Source: Planctomycetota bacterium (GTDB lineage Bacteria; Planctomycetota; GCA-002687715; CAIWVZ01). Taken from it: a stretch of DNA of 64,000 nucleotides. Positions 18,829 to 27,229 of this stretch are shown in pieces. Position 1 is the stretch's first letter. Each line of letters opens with the position of its first letter. The stretch lies in the NCBI GenBank assembly GCA_044222185.1, contig JBGANV010000003.1, positions 640,001 through 704,000 of the forward strand. The letters run 5' to 3'. A program made the translations under genes and the position numbers. The notes under the pieces are model-generated. The model was not told the origin of the DNA. It saw only the letters and a program-made list of their open reading frames with translations, and did not search any database.

Positions 18829-20094
18829 ATGCCACCAAAGAAGCGAAACGCGTGGGAGGAGGCTCTCGACTACATTGGGACGATCACCGACCCTGCGGTT
18901 CGCGCCTGGGTCGACGAAACCTGCGAGGCGCTCAGGAGGGCGAGCGCGATGAAAATCAAGGCAACAGTCCCGTCGCACTGGCGGTCGCGGTCGGGGGACC
19001 CACTTCACAAATCGATGGACCCACTGAACGTGGATCTTCCCGCAAGTGTCGAGGACTTCCTTTGTCAGTGGACTCTGAAAAAGGTCGTCAAGGAGCTCAA
19101 GGAATCACGCGGGGGGACGCTCCCTAAGGCCGAGCGCGTTGCGGCGAAGTACGTGAAGCACTCCGCCCACGAGTACCTGAAGTACTGTGGCATTCAGCGG
19201 CGCGCGTCTGCTCGGACGGTTCAACCAGGCATACCGATCGAGCAGATGGGCGGTTCGATCGCACTCCCGAGCTGTGACGACAGGCGCGACGAGCCCTTCG
19301 GCGAGTCCGTCCTCAGCCTCCCGGAGGATGAACGGCTTCCGGCGCTACGAAAGCGATTCATCCGGTGTGCCAAGAACACGTTGTACATTCAGCCGCACCA
19401 TGAGGTGCTGACGAAGCTGATCACGTTGGCCGGCCCAGCGCCAGCGAGCGGGCTGTCCGGAAGAGGGCGTGGCCAGATCCCCTCAAGGGTCGGGGCTCCA
19501 ATGATGGTGGCATACGCCTGCATCCGATGGTGGCGGGTCAATTGGTCGAAACATAGACTTCGCCGCAATGGACGGGAAGCTGTGCTCTCGCTCCTGCGCT
19601 CTCGGAAGTTTGGGTGTCCTGATCCGGATCCCGTCGTCGCGCTCGACCGCGAACACGACCGCTCATTCGAGAGCTGGATCCGGGAGCACCTCAAACTCCT
19701 GACTGACTTCGTCAGCGCAGCCGCCGCCTCGGCCAAGAAGCCTCATGGTTCCAGGTCCGAGACCGGGACAGATTCCGACGATCGCCAGCCGATCGAGTGG
19801 GAGGAGATCTTTCGGCGTAGGCTCGCCGCCGTTTCTCAGCACGTGACCAAGCTGATTCGCGCCGGCGCGCCCATCCGTGGAGTCAATGCCGCTGCCGACA
19901 GGCCGCTCCACGCCGAATTCCCGATCAATCGAACCGCTCTGCATCGGATAGCCCCTGCAATCAGCGAGTCGAACTGGGACAAGACGCTCGAACGTTTGCG
20001 CAAAACCCTTCCACAGCTCGAGGACTACATCGACCAGCGACGCGGCAGCCTGTTCAGCCCGACTGATGGCGCGGACCCCGAGGCGACGCCATGA
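18829..20094 (+). CDS. Hypothetical protein, possibly a divergent sigma-70/ECF-like factor
   Basis: 421 aa. KYVKHSAHEYLK..RR resembles region 2 and IAPAISESNWDKTLERLRKTL resembles region 4.2. Weak resemblance, judged by eye. Confidence 0.45.
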   Translation: MPPKKRNAWEEALDYIGTITDPAVRAWVDETCEALRRASAMKIKATVPSHWRSRSGDPLHKSMDPLNVDLPASVEDFLCQWTLKKVVKELKESRGGTLPKAERVAAKYVKHSAHEYLKYCGIQRRASARTVQPGIPIEQMGGSIALPSCDDRRDEPFGESVLSLPEDERLPALRKRFIRCAKNTLYIQPHHEVLTKLITLAGPAPASGLSGRGRGQIPSRVGAPMMVAYACIRWWRVNWSKHRLRRNGREAVLSLLRSRKFGCPDPDPVVALDREHDRSFESWIREHLKLLTDFVSAAAASAKKPHGSRSETGTDSDDRQPIEWEEIFRRRLAAVSQHVTKLIRAGAPIRGVNAAADRPLHAEFPINRTALHRIAPAISESNWDKTLERLRKTLPQLEDYIDQRRGSLFSPTDGADPEATP

Positions 20095-21005
20095 CCACCG
20101 CGCGCAACCGCTCATCGACGCTCCGGGGATTCGAGCTCCGTGTGAAGCCCGACGAAGCCGCGGACGGAACCCGAGTGTTCGACTGCGGCGACGCCGTCGG
20201 TCTCCTGTGGAACCGTGGCGGCAAGCAGCGGTTCGAACGATTGTCGGCTTCCGTGAAGAAACTCAAGGCCCCAGGCATGTGGCTCATGCTTGGGATCCAG
20301 CGCACGGCGTTATCGCTCGCCCGGTCGAAAGGACGAGACCTCGCGCGGGACATCGCGAGCGCTCAGGGCTGGTGGGTGCTCTGGCGGCGGATGGACGACG
20401 CCGGGATTCACACTTCACCTGCGCTGATGAGGAGAGCCGCGAATCTCGCGCGCGAGGCGAGCCGCCGGCCTCTTGACGCCCAGGCGGTTTCCGAAATCGA
20501 GGCGTTGCGCGACTGGGTCCGGCTGCCAGAAAAGGACCTGATCGCCGCGTTCGCCGTGCCGATGCACGCGGCCGATGTCAAGCTTGCCGCAGATGTCCAA
20601 CACGATCTCCGCAAGGCATTCGAACGCGATCGAAAGAAGGACTCCCACCAAAGGTCGGTGCTTCGTCATTCATCGGAGCGCCACGACCCGCGGGCACGGC
20701 GAGTTCATGCGGTCGCTGCGGACACGGGGTTCGACGAGATGCGCGCCGCTCTCGAGTTCAAGGGCAAGCGGGTCGGCCCTCTTACGGTCACAAGTTCCGT
20801 CACCGCCTCATCTGTACTCAAGGTCACCATCACATCGCGACGCTCCGTGCGCCGAGTGGCATGGGGCCGCGTACCGCTCACCGCGGGCATCGCGGGAAGG
20901 TGGACGCTCAAACTGAAGCCAGACGACTTGTCTGCAGCCCAACGAAGACGGCGAAAACTCATCATCACCTGTCATGACGGGCAAACGTACACGGTCTCGT
21001 ACTGA
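20091..21005 (+). CDS. Hypothetical protein (helical middle, beta-rich C-terminus)
   Basis: 304 aa; ATGA-coupled to the upstream gene and overlapping the downstream gene. Confidence 0.65.
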   Translation: MTTARNRSSTLRGFELRVKPDEAADGTRVFDCGDAVGLLWNRGGKQRFERLSASVKKLKAPGMWLMLGIQRTALSLARSKGRDLARDIASAQGWWVLWRRMDDAGIHTSPALMRRAANLAREASRRPLDAQAVSEIEALRDWVRLPEKDLIAAFAVPMHAADVKLAADVQHDLRKAFERDRKKDSHQRSVLRHSSERHDPRARRVHAVAADTGFDEMRAALEFKGKRVGPLTVTSSVTASSVLKVTITSRRSVRRVAWGRVPLTAGIAGRWTLKLKPDDLSAAQRRRRKLIITCHDGQTYTVSY

Positions 21006-22977
21006 CTCAGTTCTCAGGAAACTCGTCGACGCGACGAGGCTCGCCGAACTGGCGTCGGCAAGCTTCGAAGACCTGCTCGCATGCGTCGCGTATGCGGACG
21101 AAAGCTCCCTCGGAGCCGACGCGTTCCTCGCCTACGTCCGCTATCGGGCCGATCTGGCCGGCAAAGCAGGAAGGTTCTCGCTGTCGCAGCTCCCACCCCG
21201 TCTCAAGAGGATCCAAGGTCAGCCGCCTCCGGGATTCCCGTTTGTCGCCCTCCCCCGCACCGGCGACGAATTGCCTCCGGTCGGCTACGTCCGGGTCGAG
21301 TCGATCGGTGGCTCTGAACACCGGTTCGCGAACGCACGGGAGGATCTTGTCGAGGCCGTCCGCTCCGCGATCGACTGGTTCAAGGAGATCGATCCCCGGA
21401 TTTCTGATGCTGTCGCGTGGCTCGACCTCGACTTTCGCGAATGGACCGGAAAGTCCGCGGCGCTCTCTGCCTTGCTGGCCGCCGTCCTGCTCAGCCTTCG
21501 CCGCAGGACTGCTCCGTTCGGCGCGGTCGCCTCCGGCGGAATCAGCAGCGATGGCAAGCGACTCCTTCCGATCGCCTCGAAACAGCTCCGGGCGAAGATC
21601 GAGATCGCCGCTCGATACGGCTTCAGCCACATGTACGTCGTTCAGGACGGAGCAGGCATCACCTCCGGCGGGAAGCGGAAGATCGAGCCCCAAGGCATCG
21701 AGCTACGCTGCCTGTCACCAGATCCGCGGCGCGCCATCCTCGACTTTCTCGAGTTCCTCGGTCCCGAGGACGGGCGGCGCGCGACCCAGGATCTCATCTA
21801 TCTCTTCGACCGGGTGTGCATGCACGACGTCGAGCGCACGTGGTCCGAAAACGAACGCGTCATATCGACGCTCGAACAGTTTCGCTCGGTCCAGGACCCG
21901 GTCGCACGAGCCCTGGCGACGTTCGGATTGAGCAAGGCGTACGCTCGTTCGGCCGACTCCGCCCGGGCCGTCGAGCTTGACCGCGCGGTTGCCAAAGACC
22001 TCCAAGCCTGCGCCGCGTCCGGCGGATTGATCCTCAGCACGGCCATCGAGTTCCACCTTCGGGTCGATCGGATCGCGCACTGTGCAATCCTTGCGATCGA
22101 CAGCGGCGAATGGAAGCAAGAAGGCCACCCATCTTGGGAGCAGTTGCACCGGGAGCTTCACGAAGCACGCGATGATGCGAACCGAGACAAGCAGCTCGAC
22201 CCCAAGGGTCATCTCGCACGCATGTACCTTGAGAACGTCGAGTCGCGCCTGATCGAGTACAAGGCTCGCGTTTGTCGCGACACGAAGGCGATCATCGGGG
22301 AGGCGAGACGACGAGTGGTGTGGCTTCGGCGGATCGGCGATCTCGCGACCTACGCTTTCGACCACCTCGGGCGTTCCGACACCACGGTCGAGCGCCAGCA
22401 GAACTTCATCATGGACGCGCTCTTCGCTGCCTGGGTTCTCGGTGCACCGCGAGATCGACTCGATCTGGTCGACTCCATCCCGTGGTTCTTCAAGGACGGC
22501 TCGGGATCGATTCCAACATCATTGACGGATCCCCGCTTCGGGAATGACTTCGACCGGCACTCCCTTCTGAAGTACTGGCTCATCACCGGCGCGATGACCG
22601 GAATGCCGAAGCTCGAGGTCCAATGTCAACGGTGGATCGAGGGTTCGGGGAAGATGGCGTCGAGTTCACCGACGCGGACGGCGATCCTGGAAACTCTGTG
22701 CCTGCATCATCCCAACGCGGGGATACGCCGGCTCGCCGCGCGTCGTCTCTCGCGAGGCCTCTTGAGGATTGCGTCGCCGCCTTCCAAGCCGGTTCTGGCC
22801 GACCTTCTCGCTCTCCGCACCCGCGCGGCCATCGCCCTCGGCACGCGTCGCGTCGCTCTTCGATCGATTCGAGAACAGCTTGCGGAATGGCGCGATTGCC
22901 CTTTGACGCGACTCGCCCGAAGAATCGCCAAGTCGGCGCGCTCCCTAAAGGACTTCGCGGTGCGCCTTCCTTATTGA
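20974..22977 (+). CDS. Lon-like (S16) protease domain protein with long helical C-terminus
   Basis: WTGKSAALSALLAA...AVASGGISSDGKRLLPI...LRAKIEIAARYGFSHMYV matches the Lon proteolytic pattern. Candidate dyad S161/K208. No AAA+ domain. Confidence 0.7.
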   Translation: MTGKRTRSRTDSVLRKLVDATRLAELASASFEDLLACVAYADESSLGADAFLAYVRYRADLAGKAGRFSLSQLPPRLKRIQGQPPPGFPFVALPRTGDELPPVGYVRVESIGGSEHRFANAREDLVEAVRSAIDWFKEIDPRISDAVAWLDLDFREWTGKSAALSALLAAVLLSLRRRTAPFGAVASGGISSDGKRLLPIASKQLRAKIEIAARYGFSHMYVVQDGAGITSGGKRKIEPQGIELRCLSPDPRRAILDFLEFLGPEDGRRATQDLIYLFDRVCMHDVERTWSENERVISTLEQFRSVQDPVARALATFGLSKAYARSADSARAVELDRAVAKDLQACAASGGLILSTAIEFHLRVDRIAHCAILAIDSGEWKQEGHPSWEQLHRELHEARDDANRDKQLDPKGHLARMYLENVESRLIEYKARVCRDTKAIIGEARRRVVWLRRIGDLATYAFDHLGRSDTTVERQQNFIMDALFAAWVLGAPRDRLDLVDSIPWFFKDGSGSIPTSLTDPRFGNDFDRHSLLKYWLITGAMTGMPKLEVQCQRWIEGSGKMASSSPTRTAILETLCLHHPNAGIRRLAARRLSRGLLRIASPPSKPVLADLLALRTRAAIALGTRRVALRSIREQLAEWRDCPLTRLARRIAKSARSLKDFAVRLPY

Positions 22978-23312
22978 TCGTGGCCAATCAGCGGCACGTT
23001 CCTCGCCGCGTGGTGCTGGCGGCCCGCGTGCAACGACCGGCACCGGGGCAGTCTGCGGCCGAAGAACGTCGTGACGATGACAGCGCGATTCCATCTCCGT
23101 TCGAAGATCACCACGAGCCAACGACGACGGTGGTCGTCACAGCAGACCGGGGACACGACGAACTCGCGCCTTCGGTCAATGCTTCCACTGAACACCGGAT
23201 TTGAGATGACCTCGTGGACTTTCTGAACTGGAACGCGACGGCGGCGCATCCGTATGAGCGCATGTCGCGAAGCGATCACGAGGGGTTCGCTTGCTTCACC
23301 GATGTGGCCCAT
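22971..23312 (-). CDS. DUF4258-like (RelE/BrnT-fold) small protein
   Basis: SRHALIRMRRRRV...VISNP...LVVIFE...VIVTTF pattern. Confidence 0.55.
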   Translation of the reverse strand: MGHIGEASEPLVIASRHALIRMRRRRVPVQKVHEVISNPVFSGSIDRRREFVVSPVCCDDHRRRWLVVIFERRWNRAVIVTTFFGRRLPRCRSLHAGRQHHAARNVPLIGHDQ

Positions 23313-23552
23313 GACTGGCTCTCGGCGGCGGACGGCGGCTCGGCACGCCTGCGGCCATCATGACCGTGGCATCCGCACCGAACGGCCACCTGCTGCTTCT
23401 GGAACAGTGAGCCAGGCATGCCATGGAACCTGACACTTTGCCGGCAAGTGTGAAGCGTGCGAGCCTGGTGCAGGCAGGACGATCCGCAGGACACCCGCCC
23501 GTTGCGATTCAATCAGTTGCGGGGCGCCGTCTGGAGCCAACAAGATCCGACA

Positions 23553-25250
23553 ATGACGACTTCGACGACGCGACCTGCAGGGGCGACGCTGGGCGTTGGC
23601 ACGCAGGCATGCCACATTGCCCAAACCACTCTCATGATCCGGTTCGACGTGCAGGGCGGGCGGGATCCCATCACGCGATGGTGCAGCGCCATGCTGGACC
23701 GGCGCGTCCGTCCGCTGAACAAGACTCAGGAGGAGGAGGAAAAGGATCGACCGCGACTCTGGAACGAGCTTCTGAGCCGCCCTGCCGAACTCGACGAACT
23801 GTTCCCAAGCTGGCGTCACGTCGCGCACCGGCGGTCGAAGAAGGAGCGCCGGACCGTTGACGAGTCGGTACACCAGACGCCTGCCGGCGATTCGATCGAC
23901 CACGCCATCACGCTCGAACTCGGGGACAGCTCCCGGAGCAAGTGCAGCGCCCCAGCTCTGGTTGTCAAGAACACTGCCTCCGCGCGATTTCTTGCCACTG
24001 GAGCAGCCGTCTCGCCGCCAGCACCGCGAGCCGGCTATCGACTCGTTCCCGCGACCCTGACGTCCGTCCGCGTAACGGTGTTCCCTTCTGGCTTCGGCGT
24101 ACTGGCAATCCAACTCGAGTGGATCGACAGTCGAGGCAATCTGAGACTTGATGCGGTCATTGACCGTGTATGCGCGGGCCGCCGGATGGATGGAACCAAT
24201 CGCACCTCCGGATGGCTTCTCCAGGGCGAGCCACTAACCGTCCAGGACGCAGAACGGTTGGAGAGTCTCCTCGTAAACCCTGCCGACGCCCAGCAAGGTG
24301 AGCTTCTCCCGAGCTATCTGGATTGGCTCGGCGAAGTTTCCCCGGCAGCGCACGGGGATAGAAAGCCCGTCGCTCTGCGGCAACTCGCCGCATGGCTGCT
24401 CGGGTGCGACCGGCCGGGTGTGCGGTCGACACTCTCCCATTCCCACTTCGCCGAACATCACACAGTCATCGTCCTGCGGCGCGAGCCCGACGGCCCCAAA
24501 ACGAACGCCGCCGTGTTCCGCCTGATGCACGGACACGACGCGACCTATCCCACGCCGCCTGATGCGCCGCAGATCCCGGGCGTCATTCGCCCACGCGGCA
24601 ACCGGATCATCGGCATCGCGCGCGAAGGAAGCGTTGCCCTTTCGTGGCTGGTCGACGGCGCCAATCCCGAATTCGAGTTGCGCCAGTGGCACACGACGTT
24701 CATGGGCGTCTACCTCTGGCTTCGCATGCACGCCATGTGCGAACTCGCCGACTATGTTGATCTTCAGCTCAAGGTAAAGACGATCGCCGCACGGATCGAT
24801 ACACGGCTCGGTTCCTCACGAATTGGCACGGTGGTCAAAGCCGTGGAACTCGCCCTCTTGCGCCAGACGCTCTTCATGTCCGTTCCCGATCTGGGCGGCC
24901 CTTCCGACTTCGTCCAGTTCTTCCGGTCCACACGGGCCTGCTTCGACGTCGAAGGGCAAGCCGCTGCCGCCCGCATTCAGATCCAGGATGCGGCGGCCCT
25001 GCTTCGCACGATTTCCGAGAAACGAGTGGAGCGAATCGTGTTCGCAATCTCGGTGCTCGCGATCCCGGCAGCAATCGTCCAGGGGTTGACGAATGCCTAC
25101 CCGCGCCTCACCGGGTGGCTCCGATCCGATCCGGACCTTAATCCCGTACTGTGCGAGCGCGGCACTCTTCTGCTCGCGGCGGCGACCGGGTTCATGATCA
25201 TCGTCGCCTTCGTTTCCTCGCTCGCATTCCGCGGGGGCCGCAGGAAATAG
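23553..25250 (+). CDS. CorA-like membrane protein (large soluble domain, two C-terminal TM helices)
   Basis: VTVFPSGFGVLAIQLEW, GVYLWL..., a helical stalk, then TMs IVFAISVLAIPAAIV and LLLAAATGFMIIVAFVSSLAF. No GMN motif. Start approximate. Confidence 0.65.
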   Translation: MTTSTTRPAGATLGVGTQACHIAQTTLMIRFDVQGGRDPITRWCSAMLDRRVRPLNKTQEEEEKDRPRLWNELLSRPAELDELFPSWRHVAHRRSKKERRTVDESVHQTPAGDSIDHAITLELGDSSRSKCSAPALVVKNTASARFLATGAAVSPPAPRAGYRLVPATLTSVRVTVFPSGFGVLAIQLEWIDSRGNLRLDAVIDRVCAGRRMDGTNRTSGWLLQGEPLTVQDAERLESLLVNPADAQQGELLPSYLDWLGEVSPAAHGDRKPVALRQLAAWLLGCDRPGVRSTLSHSHFAEHHTVIVLRREPDGPKTNAAVFRLMHGHDATYPTPPDAPQIPGVIRPRGNRIIGIAREGSVALSWLVDGANPEFELRQWHTTFMGVYLWLRMHAMCELADYVDLQLKVKTIAARIDTRLGSSRIGTVVKAVELALLRQTLFMSVPDLGGPSDFVQFFRSTRACFDVEGQAAAARIQIQDAAALLRTISEKRVERIVFAISVLAIPAAIVQGLTNAYPRLTGWLRSDPDLNPVLCERGTLLLAAATGFMIIVAFVSSLAFRGGRRK

Positions 25251-25441
25251 GCGCCTGCGGGCGGTCCGGTTTCCGCCCGAACTGTCAGGATCCCGCGCCC
25301 AGCCGGCTCTGTCCGTTGGATGGCAACGCCTGCGGAAAGCGCCGTGATCCAAGGATCCGATCCGCGGATTGGGCAACAGGCTGCTCGCGTGAGCGGTCAG
25401 GTGCCACCGCAGCGTTTCCGGAATCGTGTACGGAGGCCCTC

Positions 25442-27034
25442 ATGTCGAGATCCGCGATCCTGCCCACTCCGGCAGAGATGAAGGCACAGATGGATCGATT
25501 CGTCGTCGGGCAGCACGCAGCAAAGGAGCAACTGGCAACGGCAGTGTACGCCCACTACCTTCATCGCGCTGCGGCCGCGGCGACGGGTGAGCCGACGGTC
25601 GCAATCCACAAGGAGAACGCGTTGCTCATCGGTCCGTCTGGGTGCGGTAAGTCGCACCTCGTGCGAACGTTGGCCAACCTGCTCGGCGTCCCGGTCGCAC
25701 ACACCATCGCAACTCGGCTTTCCGAGGTCGGGTATGTGGGCGACAACCCCGAGGTCGTCGTTCAAGCCCTGTTCGACGCCGCCGGCGGCGACATCGCACG
25801 CGCCGAGTCGGGCATCGTGATCATCGACGAGATCGACAAGCTCCGCCGGCAGGAAACCGGCAGCCGCGACGTCTCAGGGCAGGGCGTGCAGCACGCCCTC
25901 CTCTCCATCATCGAGGGCAGCGGGGTCAAGGTTCAGACCAAAGACGGGCTCCGCGAGGTGAACACGACCGGTGTGCTGTTCGTTGGATTGGGGGCCTTCG
26001 TCGGGCTCGACGAGATCATCCGCGATCGCGTCAGCACGACGCCGCCTGTGGGTTTCGGTGGCTTCGGGCTCGCCGTCCAGCCAGCCGCATCCGCCGCGCA
26101 AGGCGAGCTCGATCTCGCGGAGCCCACGGACCTGATCCGCTTCGGCTTTGCACCGGAGTTCGTGGGCAGGTTCTCGACCATCGCACACCTGCAGCCACTC
26201 GGGACGGAGGAGATCGCGGCGTTGCTCGCGAGCCCCGAGGACTCGCTCATCCGCCGCGAATCACGCCTGTGCGAACTGCACGGCATCGAGTTGGAGGTGA
26301 CGCCAGATGCACTGCGGGCCATCGCCGAGCGGGCGCTTCGTGACGAGACGGGCGCACGAGGGGCAACGCGCATCACGCGCCAGATGCTCCTGTCTGTGCG
26401 GCCTCGGCTTCCCGAACTCGCGGCGAAGGGGGTGAACCGAATCACGATCTCCGACGGCGTCGTGCGAGGCGCGGCGGCTCCGTCTCTTGCGTACGGCCCG
26501 GCGAAATCCTTCCACGTCGACCTCGCCACGCTGCGCCGAACATCCTTCAGCGCAACACCGAAGGTCGTCGAGGCGACCACCCCTCGGTTCACGGACCCAC
26601 GGTCACTGACGCGCGAGCAGCTCTGCCAGTTCGTCGCGCAAACCCGTGACCGGTTGGACTGGAACTCGACGACGGGCTCGGCCCGCAAGTGGTGGCTCGC
26701 ATTCGAAAATGAACAGGCCGGCAACCTTGGGATCGTCCTTCGCCTCGCCGAGGAGCTGGCCTGGCGCAAGGCCACGATCACCGAGTTCTTCCTCGCCTAT
26801 GTGTACTCGAACACGGACAACATCCAGGCGAATCTCCACTACCTTGACTACACGCGGTTGAAGAAGGCGGAGGAACAAAAGAAGCGTGAGCAAGCCGAGG
26901 CTGTGAAGCTCCGCTCCATCGTGACTGCAGCGGTGCGCGCGACCAATCACAAGGACACGGAGGCCGATGCGAGCGACGCCCATCCCGATGCGGACGACGA
27001 AACGACGCCGGAATCGAACCGGGATCGAGGCTGA
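25442..27034 (+). CDS. clpX: ClpX-like AAA+ ATPase without the N-terminal zinc domain, with a C-terminal extension
   Basis: VVGQHAAK, Walker A GPSGCGKS, GYVG pore loop, Walker B IIDEIDK, RDVSGQGVQHALL, VGF loop, PEFVGRF and TGARG. GGAGG RBS. Confidence 0.9.
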   Translation: MSRSAILPTPAEMKAQMDRFVVGQHAAKEQLATAVYAHYLHRAAAAATGEPTVAIHKENALLIGPSGCGKSHLVRTLANLLGVPVAHTIATRLSEVGYVGDNPEVVVQALFDAAGGDIARAESGIVIIDEIDKLRRQETGSRDVSGQGVQHALLSIIEGSGVKVQTKDGLREVNTTGVLFVGLGAFVGLDEIIRDRVSTTPPVGFGGFGLAVQPAASAAQGELDLAEPTDLIRFGFAPEFVGRFSTIAHLQPLGTEEIAALLASPEDSLIRRESRLCELHGIELEVTPDALRAIAERALRDETGARGATRITRQMLLSVRPRLPELAAKGVNRITISDGVVRGAAAPSLAYGPAKSFHVDLATLRRTSFSATPKVVEATTPRFTDPRSLTREQLCQFVAQTRDRLDWNSTTGSARKWWLAFENEQAGNLGIVLRLAEELAWRKATITEFFLAYVYSNTDNIQANLHYLDYTRLKKAEEQKKREQAEAVKLRSIVTAAVRATNHKDTEADASDAHPDADDETTPESNRDRG

Positions 27035-27229
27035 CCCGGTCGATCCCCGGGTGAGGTGATCACCGGCTGCATCGCCACCCACTGCCGGTTTGAGGCCACG
27101 GCATGGGCGGTGACTCCCGGTCGAGGTGAGTGCCGAGGGCGACGGTGGTGAAACGTTTTCTTGTCGCCTCACGCGCCAACTCTATGATCAGCCGGCATCC
27201 AGTGTGCTCTATCGGAGTTCCATTCGCGC

